Origin: Nitrososphaera viennensis EN76
GTDB lineage: Archaea > Thermoproteota > Nitrososphaeria > Nitrososphaerales > Nitrososphaeraceae
Assembly: GCF_000698785.1 (NCBI RefSeq)
Contig: NZ_CP007536.1
Location: 360,001-392,000, forward strand
Reading direction: 5' to 3'
DNA: 32,000 nt
Part shown: positions 23,514-31,416 of the stretch, piece by piece
How positions within the stretch are numbered: the stretch's first letter is position 1
Layout: every line of letters begins with the position of its first letter
The notes under the pieces: model-generated
What the model saw: the letters and a program-made list of their open reading frames with translations, nothing else
Databases searched by the model: none
Told to the model about the DNA's origin: nothing
Program-made: the position numbers and the translations under genes

Positions 23514-24395
23514 ATGGAGCTGGCCTACGACTATCCGCTCTACAGGCCGCCGTCAGAGGCAAATTCCCTGATATTCCAGGTCACGCTAGGCTGCTCCTTC
23601 AACAAGTGCTCCTTCTGTAACATGTACCGCACCAAGGAATACGCCGAGCGCCCGTGGGAAGAGATCCGCGCGGAAATAGACATGATGGCCAAACTCTATC
23701 CAGACACGCGCAGGATATTCCTTGCCGACGGCGACGCGCTAAACATGTCCAAGGACAGGCTGGTGCAGATACTAGAGTACCTATACCAAAAGTTTCCAAG
23801 CATCGAGCGCATCTCCTGCTACGCCATGCCAAAGAACCTTTTGCAAAAAACAGACGAAGAACTGAAGGCGCTTTACGCCGCCGGCCTCCACATGTTCTAC
23901 GTCGGAATTGAAAGCGGGAACGACGTTGTATTGAAAAAAGTGACAAAAGGCGCGACTGGCCGGTCAATAGTCCAGGCGTGCAGCAAGGCCAAAAAGCACG
24001 GCTATGTCCTTTCGTGCATGGTAATCCTCGGCCTTGGCGGAAGGAAATACACAAAGGAGCACATCGCCGACACGGCAAAAGTGCTGGGTGAAATAGCGCC
24101 CGATTATGTGGGCGCACTCACGCTGTACCTGGAGGAGGGCGTGCGCGACGAGTTCATGAGCAAGTACGGAGAGCCTTTTGAGTTCATCGACGACGTTGAA
24201 GTGCTTGACGAGCTGGAGCGGCTGGTCAGGGGTTTTGACCCAAAGACGCCGGTGGTGTTCCGCGCAAACCACGCCTCAAACGTCTATTCAATAGGCGGGA
24301 CGATGCCTGATGACAGGGGCAGGATCCTGTCGCTCATAGAAGGGCTAAAGGCGCACCCCGAGATGCTAAAGCCCAAGTTCCTGCGCCGCTTTTAG
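23514..24395 (+). CDS. Radical SAM protein of unknown specificity
   Basis: MELAYDYPLYRPPSEANSLIFQVTLGCSFNKCSFCNMY cluster region, FLADGDAL and FYVGIESGND motifs. The track ORF starts at 23349; ATG 23514 is preferred because the upstream residues are not protein-like. Confidence 0.8.
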   Translation: MELAYDYPLYRPPSEANSLIFQVTLGCSFNKCSFCNMYRTKEYAERPWEEIRAEIDMMAKLYPDTRRIFLADGDALNMSKDRLVQILEYLYQKFPSIERISCYAMPKNLLQKTDEELKALYAAGLHMFYVGIESGNDVVLKKVTKGATGRSIVQACSKAKKHGYVLSCMVILGLGGRKYTKEHIADTAKVLGEIAPDYVGALTLYLEEGVRDEFMSKYGEPFEFIDDVEVLDELERLVRGFDPKTPVVFRANHASNVYSIGGTMPDDRGRILSLIEGLKAHPEMLKPKFLRRF

Positions 24396-25252
24396 GGGCC
24401 GTTGCGCAGCGCAAGGTCGCCCAGCGTCGTTATCTCGTAGCCCTGCTCGCTGATGGCCTTGAGGAGCAGGTCCAGTTCTTCCATCTGCCTCTCGTCTATC
24501 TCGTCGCGAAAGTTCAGCCCGTCGCGCAATGCAAACTCCATCGGGTGCATTGTGACGACTGCAAACCCGTTCTCGTCTATGCCACGCTTTATCTCTTCCA
24601 TCGTCCGTTCATGAGAGTAGCTCAGCCACCTTGCGCCGTCGCCGCTCAAGTCGCCTGTCACCGTCGTTTCGGGATAGTGCAGCAGCCCGTCGCTCTTTTC
24701 GTGGTACGGTGGCCTGTCAAGTGTCATGTTTGCGCTCACGTACAGGATTGCGTTCTCTTTTGCGGCCGCAAACGTGCTGTTGTTCACGGCGTTGTAGGGC
24801 GCGATGAATATGAGCGGCCTGAAGCCAAGTATGCTGTTTAGTTTGTCGTTTGTCCTTGCCATCAGGTCAGACTGCTCGCCCTGACTGTAGAGCGTGAACT
24901 TTTCGTGGTTCCAGCCGTGGTTTGCAACCTCTAGTCGTCCAGCCGCGACGCCTTGTTTTACATAAGACACTATCTTTTCGTCCTGGCCAAAGTAGTTGGC
25001 GATTATGCCCACGGTGAGCGGAAGATCCCGCTTTTCGAACTCGTCCATCAGCCGGATCTGGATTTTCTGCAGGTAATAGTCCTGGATGTCGTCCAGCCGG
25101 AACGCCACGCACTTGCATCTTTCACCAGGGGTCTGGGCGTTGAAACTCGGCGAGGCGCCGATGGTGGCAAGCAGCAACACTGCGCAGCCTGTTGCAAATG
25201 CAAGCCTCTTCATTCCCTGCGCGTGCGTGTGCATCAAGGCCATAGTAATCAA
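24392..25252 (-). CDS. Polysaccharide deacetylase (CE4/NodB homology) with N-terminal signal or anchor
   Basis: Hydrophobic N-terminus LAFATGCAVLLLATIGA. CVAFRLDDIQDYY and VANHGWNHEKFT are the Asp-Asp and His-x-x-x-His-type metal motifs. Confidence 0.8.
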   Translation of the reverse strand: MITMALMHTHAQGMKRLAFATGCAVLLLATIGASPSFNAQTPGERCKCVAFRLDDIQDYYLQKIQIRLMDEFEKRDLPLTVGIIANYFGQDEKIVSYVKQGVAAGRLEVANHGWNHEKFTLYSQGEQSDLMARTNDKLNSILGFRPLIFIAPYNAVNNSTFAAAKENAILYVSANMTLDRPPYHEKSDGLLHYPETTVTGDLSGDGARWLSYSHERTMEEIKRGIDENGFAVVTMHPMEFALRDGLNFRDEIDERQMEELDLLLKAISEQGYEITTLGDLALRNGP

Positions 25253-25361
25253 TTGCGCGACAGGATTCTAGGGTCGAACTATGGAACAATGATCTGTGCC
25301 CCGGCTTTGGTGCTTCGTCAAAAGGATTATTAGCCAGCCGGCGGTTAGGTGTGCAAACAAC

Positions 25362-26015
25362 ATGTACAGCGGGGAACTTGAGGTACAGGCCAAGAGAAGG
25401 GCGCTGGCCATTCTACAGGACGAAATAAGCAAGATCCTGGGCTCTTCGCGAGACCTTTCGACGCTCACGTCGTCGCTAATCAAGGACGATAACAACGACA
25501 TACAGGCGTGCCTTGAGCGCATGCGCAACAACGAGGAAGAAGTGGAGAACCTCCGGCGCAAGATAACCAGAGAAGTGTCGGAGCTTGGCGGCCTGATGGC
25601 AAACAGGGAGGACATCTTGCGCACGGCGTACCTTATGGACGACGTCGCCGGCTACATCAACGGCATCGCGTTTAGGCTGGCAAACATGAGGGGCGAGACG
25701 CTCAAAAAAGCCCAGTGCGACACGGATCTGCAGGAGCTGGTAGGCATGGTAGTCGACGCCAGTTTCAAGCTGAACGAGATGGGCAGGGCGCTTTCGATAA
25801 ACCCTGCCAGTATGTTCGAGCTTGCGCAGGAAATGCAGAAGCTTGAGCACCAGGTGGACGCCAAGTACCGGGCGATGATAATCAAGGCGCTGGGCGAGAT
25901 AACAAACAACAAGGATCTGCTGCTCTTCAAGGACGCGGTTGAAGGCATCGAGGGCATGGTGGACAAGTGCCAGGAAGCATCCGACTCGTTCACGATACTT
26001 GCTCTTGGAATGTAA
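25362..26015 (+). CDS. DUF47 / PhoU-like (COG1392) protein
   Basis: An all-helical 217-aa protein from ATG 25362 with two repeated segments: EEEVENLRRKITREV...REDILRTAYLMDDVAGYING and LEHQVDAKYRAMIIKAL...FKDAVEGIEGMVDKCQEASD. No adjacent PiT-type transporter. Confidence 0.65.
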   Translation: MYSGELEVQAKRRALAILQDEISKILGSSRDLSTLTSSLIKDDNNDIQACLERMRNNEEEVENLRRKITREVSELGGLMANREDILRTAYLMDDVAGYINGIAFRLANMRGETLKKAQCDTDLQELVGMVVDASFKLNEMGRALSINPASMFELAQEMQKLEHQVDAKYRAMIIKALGEITNNKDLLLFKDAVEGIEGMVDKCQEASDSFTILALGM

Positions 26016-26027
26016 AAAATGGTGTAA

Positions 26028-26591
26028 ATGTCGACGACAACAACAGCAGTAAGCGGCAGGCTTTTTGGGAACAGGATCGTAGTCTGGGACATTGTAGACT
26101 CGCGAAAACTGTACGGCTCGGGCTATTACGGCAAGCCTCTTGGAGTGCCAAAGCCAAAGGGTGTTGAATTTGACGCGCCGCTCGTGCTTGACCTGATGGA
26201 AGGCTGCTACCTTGCTGAAAAGGGCAGGCTGAAAATATCTCAGATGGACGGCAGGCCCGTCTCGCAGACAGAGATAAAAAAGATCTGCAAAAAACAGTAT
26301 GTCGACTTTGACGCCAAGTACCTGGTGTTTTCGGACCTGCGCGAAAAAGGCTACGTCGTCTCGCCGGGGATAAAGTTCGGCTGCGACTTTGCGGTGTACG
26401 AGCAGGGGCCCGGAATTGACCACGCGCCGTACCTCGTGCAGGTGTTCCGGGCAACCGACGAGATGACTGCGACCGGCATCGTCCTTGCCGGCAGGCTTGC
26501 CACCACCGTGAAAAAGCAGTTCATACTGGCGATACCAAAAGTGACGGAAAAGAAGGTGGAGTACGTCGGCTTTGACTGGTGGCGCGCCTAG
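26028..26591 (+). CDS. endA: tRNA-splicing endonuclease EndA
   Basis: GNRIVVWDIVDSRKLYGSGYYGKPLG...LDLMEGCYLAEKGRL...YLVFSDLREKGYVVSPGIKFGCDFAVYEQGPGIDHAPYLVQV. The catalytic-domain pattern includes the Y..H..K context. Confidence 0.85.
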   Translation: MSTTTTAVSGRLFGNRIVVWDIVDSRKLYGSGYYGKPLGVPKPKGVEFDAPLVLDLMEGCYLAEKGRLKISQMDGRPVSQTEIKKICKKQYVDFDAKYLVFSDLREKGYVVSPGIKFGCDFAVYEQGPGIDHAPYLVQVFRATDEMTATGIVLAGRLATTVKKQFILAIPKVTEKKVEYVGFDWWRA

Positions 26592-27268
26592 GCTGTTGCA
26601 TCTTTCTTGGGCATGTCGAACTTGACATAGTTCTCGCCAGAGATGGTGAGGCGCGTGGAGAACTTGTCAGAGCCCTGCTCCAGCCAGCCCTTGTACCGTA
26701 CCGAGTTCTTGACGATGTCTATCACGCTTGGCTTTTTCTCGTTGACTTCCTCATAGCACGAAAGTATCTCGCCGAACTTGACCTCCTGCTGTTTGTTGAA
26801 CTTTGTGATATAGTATGCGAACACTGCCGTCTTTTCGTAGTGGTTCTGTGGTTTTTTCTCTGCGTAAAATTCGCGCAGGCCCGGCTTGCTCTCATTTGCC
26901 TTCAGGTCGACCGGTATCGGCGGGAGCGTGGGTGCTACGCGCGGGGCGTGTCTGGCCGGTGACGCTGCGGTGGGCTTGGCAGCAACAGCGGCTGTTGTTG
27001 TCGTCGTTGCCTGTCCGTCTGGAACTTGCGGCACCTCGTGGACCTCCTGCGGGAGCGCAACCTGCGCCTTGAGTGCGACATTTTGCTGCTGCATGCCGCT
27101 TGCTATTGCCTCCTTTACGGCCGTCTTGAATATCTCCTCGAATTTCTCGAGGTGCTTGTCGACGAAACTTTCCTTGCCCTCCAGTTCGACGATGCCTTCC
27201 TTGACGTTTATCGTAAACCTTGCTTCAGAATTGTTTCCCGAGCTCAAACCCGCCGTAATATCTTCCAA
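26588..27268 (-). CDS. Hypothetical two-domain protein with Thr/Ala/Pro-rich linker
   Basis: 226 aa. The N-domain is ARFTINVKEGIVELEGKESFVDKHLEKFEEIFKTAVKEAI. The linker is QATTTTTAAVAAKPTAASPARHAPRVAPTLPP. The C-domain LREFYAEKKPQNHYEKTAVFAYYITKF...FGEILSCYEEVNEKKPSVIDIVKNSVRYKGWLEQ has a winged-helix-like pattern. No family recognised. Confidence 0.55.
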   Translation of the reverse strand: MEDITAGLSSGNNSEARFTINVKEGIVELEGKESFVDKHLEKFEEIFKTAVKEAIASGMQQQNVALKAQVALPQEVHEVPQVPDGQATTTTTAAVAAKPTAASPARHAPRVAPTLPPIPVDLKANESKPGLREFYAEKKPQNHYEKTAVFAYYITKFNKQQEVKFGEILSCYEEVNEKKPSVIDIVKNSVRYKGWLEQGSDKFSTRLTISGENYVKFDMPKKDATA

Positions 27269-27341
27269 GCTTCTTTATCAAGTTGGTGGTGCACCTTTGC
27301 AGCTTTGCTAAAGAAACTAGTTAAGCAAAGTTCCGGCTCTC

Positions 27342-27349
27342 TTAAATAT
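27342..27349 (+). promoter_or_regulatory. TATA-like box (TTAAATAT) for the small Lys-tailed protein gene
   Basis: Centred about 29 nt upstream of ATG 27375. It is part of a 17-nt motif also present at 10652-10669. Confidence 0.4.
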
Positions 27350-27374
27350 CCGTATCAGAAATAACTTGCGCCTT

Positions 27375-27593
27375 ATGTTTTCCGTCAAAAAGTTGGGCAA
27401 GAACGGTATGTGGGGGACGGTGAGCCTCATAGATGAAAATGGGTCTTTCCGAGGAGAGGCCAAGTTCGAGACAAAGGAAGATGCCGAGAAATACCTCCTC
27501 AAGTTCAAGGGCAGGATGAAAAAGCCGGTCGACCTGAAGGTATTCAACGATTCGGAAACAGAAGAGCCAAAGAAGAAAGACAAGAAAAAGTGA
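27375..27593 (+). CDS. Small hypothetical protein with Lys-rich tail (pattern reminiscent of YegP/DUF1508)
   Basis: MFSVKKLGKNGMWGTVSLIDENGSFRGEAKFETKEDAEKYLLKFKGRM...EEPKKKDKKK. ATG 27375 lies about 29 nt downstream of the TTAAATAT box. A T-rich tract follows the stop. The family resemblance is by eye only. Confidence 0.45.
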   Translation: MFSVKKLGKNGMWGTVSLIDENGSFRGEAKFETKEDAEKYLLKFKGRMKKPVDLKVFNDSETEEPKKKDKKK

Positions 27594-27600
27594 GAGAGAC

Positions 27601-27612
27601 TTTTTTTATTTT
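27601..27612 (+). terminator. Oligo-T tract (TTTTTTTATTTT) after the small protein gene
   Basis: Starts 8 nt after the TGA at 27591-27593 and overlaps the stop codon of the convergent HIT gene. Confidence 0.35.
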
Positions 27613-28040
27613 GCGCGCAACGGCGTCAGCTTTTGCTTCACCTTTTGCGCCATCTTCTCTAGCTCTTCTTCCGGAGCGACGTGCCTTGAGGGCCACTTGC
27701 CGTCGGGGCTGTCGTCTGCAAACCGCGGAACTACGTGTACGTGCACGTGTGGAATTATCTGGTTTGCCGCAATGCCGTTGTTCTGGCCAACGTTAAACCC
27801 GTCTGCGTCCACAGCGGCCACGACCGCCCTAGCTATTCTTGGCACCGCCGCGTACAGCTTGGCCACCTCGGCCGGCGGCATGTCCAAAAGAGTGTCGTGG
27901 TGCTTGGTCGGTATCACGAGCGTGTGGCCCGGGTTTATCGGGTACTTGTCCATTATCACGAGCAAGTCTTCGTCCTTGTAGACCTGGGCGCTTGGCAGTT
28001 CGCCTGCTATTATGGAGCAGAATATGCACGGCTTGGGCAT
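27606..28040 (-). CDS. HIT (histidine triad) family nucleotide hydrolase/transferase
   Basis: CIFCSIIAGELPSAQVYKDEDLLVIMDKYPINPGHTLVIP and the triad HVHVHVVPR. Confidence 0.88.
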   Translation of the reverse strand: MPKPCIFCSIIAGELPSAQVYKDEDLLVIMDKYPINPGHTLVIPTKHHDTLLDMPPAEVAKLYAAVPRIARAVVAAVDADGFNVGQNNGIAANQIIPHVHVHVVPRFADDSPDGKWPSRHVAPEEELEKMAQKVKQKLTPLRAK

Positions 28041-28306
28041 CTGTTGCGCCTGCTGCTAAGATTTAATGCATGTTTATTTCTTGTGCTTGATGGCGCCGTT
28101 ATATTGGCAACGCCTTGAAATATGTGGCATCCTTTTTTTGAACCTGTTGGCGTCTATGATGACAATCATTCCATACAGGAGATCATAGAAGGTCAGCTTT
28201 GTAATTATCCGCGGATGCTTTATCTGGTAGAACAAGAGCGAAAATGAATATAGCTTACCGTAAGGCCTGACACAAGTCGTAAATAACTTGGTCAAGAAAG
28301 TAGCCC

Positions 28307-28741
28307 ATGAATATCGAAGCATTATCCTCAATGCTTTCAAACAAGGGCGGCATGCAGCAGTCGATTGCTGCCACTGTGATAAGCGCTGTTCTAAGCTACG
28401 TAGTACAGCACTTTATGCAAAAAGGAGCAGGCAACATCATCAGTTCAGGAGGAACTAACGCGGATTCTTCTTTGCAATCGATACTGTCGCAGCTGACCTC
28501 TGGCCTAAATGACCCGGGTAACCCGCTTGTACAACAAGTAAAAAAGGATGGCGGACTGAATGACGACAATCAGGCAAGGCAATACACGCAACAAGCGGTA
28601 GACGTGCCTAAAGAAAGCGCAAGCAAAGACTCTGCAGGACTGAGCTCGTTGATCGGCAGCTTTCTGGGGACAAATTATCAAGGAGGCGGAGTTGGAGACA
28701 TTATCGGCGGTCTGTTGGGTGGTGGTGCAGACAAGAAGTAA
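28307..28741 (+). CDS. Hypothetical Gly/Ser/Gln-rich protein
   Basis: 144 aa with ATG start. Ends in a GGGVGDIIGGLLGGGADKK glycine-rich tail. Located in an AT-richer region. No confident family. Confidence 0.45.
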   Translation: MNIEALSSMLSNKGGMQQSIAATVISAVLSYVVQHFMQKGAGNIISSGGTNADSSLQSILSQLTSGLNDPGNPLVQQVKKDGGLNDDNQARQYTQQAVDVPKESASKDSAGLSSLIGSFLGTNYQGGGVGDIIGGLLGGGADKK

Positions 28742-28917
28742 GACTGTGTTTGTGCGCATACAGCAGTCCATCTTTACGTCGACAATTGAAAGAGAAAGTC
28801 CAGTAACTGTGTTGTTACAACAATCACCTGAAGAAGAATATTTCTGCAGCGTAAGAGCCTGCGGTAGTGAGAATGCAAGTGCTTGCACAGCTTTGCTGGT
28901 TGGCTTGGACAATAGCC

Positions 28918-28928
28918 AATTTTAAATA
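28918..28928 (+). promoter_or_regulatory. TATA-like box (AATTTTAAATA) for the 62-aa zinc-ribbon ORF
   Basis: Centred about 29 nt upstream of ATG 28952. Confidence 0.4.
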
Positions 28929-28951
28929 CACCAGATTCTAGACCTTTTACG

Positions 28952-29140
28952 ATGGCCGAGACAGTCGAGCTGGAAGACTTTGATATTGCCTTTTCATTCC
29001 GTTGCCCCAAGTGCGACTATGTCAATGAAGAGGTATCTGCCAGAGACCTGTCAAGCGGAAACGCCGAGTGCGGCATGTGCGAGACCGTCTTCCGCGTCGA
29101 AGGCCTTGACGGCGTCAAGATAACGGCAAGCCTCGATTAA
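28952..29140 (+). CDS. Small zinc-ribbon protein (62 aa)
   Basis: MAETVELEDFDIAFSFRCPKCDYVNEEVSARDLSSGNAECGMCETVFRVEG has CPxC...CxxC. A TATA-like AATTTTAAATA box is centred about 29 nt upstream of the ATG. Confidence 0.45.
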   Translation: MAETVELEDFDIAFSFRCPKCDYVNEEVSARDLSSGNAECGMCETVFRVEGLDGVKITASLD

Positions 29141-29320
29141 GAAACGCCAAGAATCTTAAAGAATACAATTCTTCACATGACCAATCAATTAGCGGTCTGG
29201 TTTTTGGCCCTATACCTTTGCTCTGGCAACGGCATCCTCTGCGGTTAATCTTGATATTCAGTTAATCCTGGCGACTATTTATGGAAGATGTGCTGCCGGA
29301 AACAAGGTTTTGGCATGATT

Positions 29321-29608
29321 CTATTTTGGATAAAACCGACATTCTCTAAAGTTCGGATAGTTTGTGAAGTCAACGTAAACGATGTTCCGAAGGACCAATG
29401 CCTTAACAGCATCAATGGTTCTATTATGGTCGAAACCCGTCTCCATTACCAGATACTTTCCCCGTATTCCTGAATACTTCTTGATGATGCTGAGCACTAT
29501 GACAGCGTCTTCAGGTAGAGGGTCTGCCGTTAGCGATCCCCTCACTTCATAAGCTTCAAGACTTAAATCTAAGATCGTCCATTTCCTGCATATCTTCTGA
29601 ACTTTCAA
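29321..29608 (-). CDS. Small hypothetical protein, possible winged-helix fold
   Basis: 95 aa with TTG start. LPEDAVIVLSIIKKYSGIRGKYLVMETGFDHNRTIDAVKALVLRNIVYV resembles a wHTH layout. Weak call; it looks more protein-like than the 61-aa ORF on the opposite strand. Confidence 0.35.
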   Translation of the reverse strand: MKVQKICRKWTILDLSLEAYEVRGSLTADPLPEDAVIVLSIIKKYSGIRGKYLVMETGFDHNRTIDAVKALVLRNIVYVDFTNYPNFRECRFYPK

Positions 29609-29649
29609 GCCCGTAATTACCTGTCACATAGCTAATAATCGTCTCAATC

Positions 29650-29658
29650 TTAAAATAT
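29650..29658 (+). promoter_or_regulatory. TATA-like box (TTAAAATAT) for ilvD
   Basis: Centred about 29 nt upstream of ATG 29683. Confidence 0.4.
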
Positions 29659-29682
29659 GCACCACCCCTATCTTCATTCCTT

Positions 29683-31362
29683 ATGGAGCTTCCAAGCAGA
29701 AAGGTTGTCGAAGGAACAGCAAGGGCGCCGCACAGGGCAATGTACAAGGCAATGGGCCTCACTGACGAGGACCTGAACAGGCCTATAATCGGCGTCTCTA
29801 CCACGTGCAACGAGGCAACCCCGTGCAACATCCACCTTGGACAGCTTGCGCAGAGCGCCAAGAGGGGCGTAAGCGAGTCAGGCTGCACCCCGCGCGAATT
29901 CACAGCCATAGCGGTCTCTGACGGCATTGCAATGGGTCACGAGGGCATGAAGGCCTCACTCGTCAGCAGGGAGATAATCGCCGACTCTATCGAGGTTATG
30001 GTGAGGGCGCACGGCTACGACGGCATCGTGGGCATCTCTGGCTGTGACAAGAGCCTGCCAGGAACGCTCATGGGGATGGCGCGCCTGAACCTGCCGTCGA
30101 TATTCGTGTACGGAGGCACCATCATGCCTGGCGAGTGGAACGGCAAGCAGGTGACCGTGCAGGACGTGTACGAGGCTGTAGGTGCGTACGACGCTGGCAA
30201 GATGACCTTTCAGGAGCTCATCAGCCTTGAAAACGTTGCCTGCCCCACGGCAGGCTCTTGTGCGGGCATGTACACGGCAAACACGATGGCGTCGATTAGC
30301 GAGGCACTTGGTATGTCATTGCCGGGGAGCGCGTCACCGCCCGCTGAAAGCGACAGGCGCCACGAAATATGCTACAACACCGGCAAGGCCGTAATGAGCC
30401 TTATAGACAGCAACATCCGCCCCCGCGACATACTCACCTACGAAGCTTTTGAAAACGCGATAATGATGGCAAACGCCATTGGAGGCTCTACTAATGCAGT
30501 TCTCCACCTGCTTGCAATAGCAAGAGAAGCAGGGGTGAAGCTGAACCTCAACGACTTTGAGAAAATCCGCAAAAAGACGCCGCACATTGCAGACATGAGG
30601 CCGGGAGGCACGTACGTCATGCTGGACCTTGACAAGATAGGGGGCGTTCCTGTCATAATGAACGCGCTCTTGAAGAAAGGCTTGCTCAACGCCGATGTCA
30701 TGACCGTGACAGGCAAGACCATGAAGGAGAATCTTGCATCGATGACGTTTGACCTGAGCCAAGGCAAGGAAAAGGTGGTGAGGCGCCTTGAAGAGCCGAT
30801 AAGCAGCGAGGGCACATTAAAGATATTGAAGGGCACGCTTGCGCCAGACGGCGCGGTGGTCAAGGTCGCAGGAGTAAAGAGCAAGAAATTCACTGGTAAG
30901 GCCCGCGTCTTTGACAGCGAGGAAAAGGCGTTTGACGCAGTATCGCAGCGCAAAATAATCGAAGGCGATGTGGTGGTAATCCGCTACGAAGGTCCAAAGG
31001 GCGGCCCAGGCATGCGCGAGATGCTTTCAACCACAGCTGCAATAGTCGGCCAGGGCCTTGGCGAAAAAGTGGCGATGGTGACAGACGGCAGGTTCTCCGG
31101 CGCGACCCGTGGATTCATGATAGGACACGTGGCGCCGGAGGCGATGGTCGGAGGCCCCATAGCGCTTGTCAAGGAAGGCGACGAAATAGTCATCGACACT
31201 GCAACAAGCAGGATAGACCTGATGGTGTCAAAAGCCGAGCTTGCAAGGCGGGCAAAGAAATGGAAGCCTATCAAGCCGCACTACAAGTCCGGAGCGCTTG
31301 CAAAATACGCGTCTCTGGTCCAGTCGGCGTCAGAGGGCGCAATCACAGTCCCGAAACTTTAA
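29683..31362 (+). CDS. ilvD: Dihydroxy-acid dehydratase
   Basis: 559 aa. [99 protein letters not shown]. Confidence 0.93.
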   Translation: MELPSRKVVEGTARAPHRAMYKAMGLTDEDLNRPIIGVSTTCNEATPCNIHLGQLAQSAKRGVSESGCTPREFTAIAVSDGIAMGHEGMKASLVSREIIADSIEVMVRAHGYDGIVGISGCDKSLPGTLMGMARLNLPSIFVYGGTIMPGEWNGKQVTVQDVYEAVGAYDAGKMTFQELISLENVACPTAGSCAGMYTANTMASISEALGMSLPGSASPPAESDRRHEICYNTGKAVMSLIDSNIRPRDILTYEAFENAIMMANAIGGSTNAVLHLLAIAREAGVKLNLNDFEKIRKKTPHIADMRPGGTYVMLDLDKIGGVPVIMNALLKKGLLNADVMTVTGKTMKENLASMTFDLSQGKEKVVRRLEEPISSEGTLKILKGTLAPDGAVVKVAGVKSKKFTGKARVFDSEEKAFDAVSQRKIIEGDVVVIRYEGPKGGPGMREMLSTTAAIVGQGLGEKVAMVTDGRFSGATRGFMIGHVAPEAMVGGPIALVKEGDEIVIDTATSRIDLMVSKAELARRAKKWKPIKPHYKSGALAKYASLVQSASEGAITVPKL

Positions 31363-31416
31363 ATGCCCATCGAGGCGCATGACCCAGAGGCTAGAGAGAG
31401 GAGAGAATGAAACAGG

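Noticed and set aside
25476-26423. 315-aa ORF on the minus strand
   Set aside because: It runs antisense across two recognisable plus-strand genes (DUF47-like and endA). It has a low-complexity, Arg/His/Val-rich composition and no motif. This is a typical shadow ORF in GC-rich coding DNA.
28074-28340. 88-aa minus-strand ORF between HIT and the Gly-rich protein gene
   Set aside because: It is very basic and aromatic with an odd composition. It overlaps the start of the plus-strand gene by 34 nt and has no motif. It is more likely non-coding promoter DNA.
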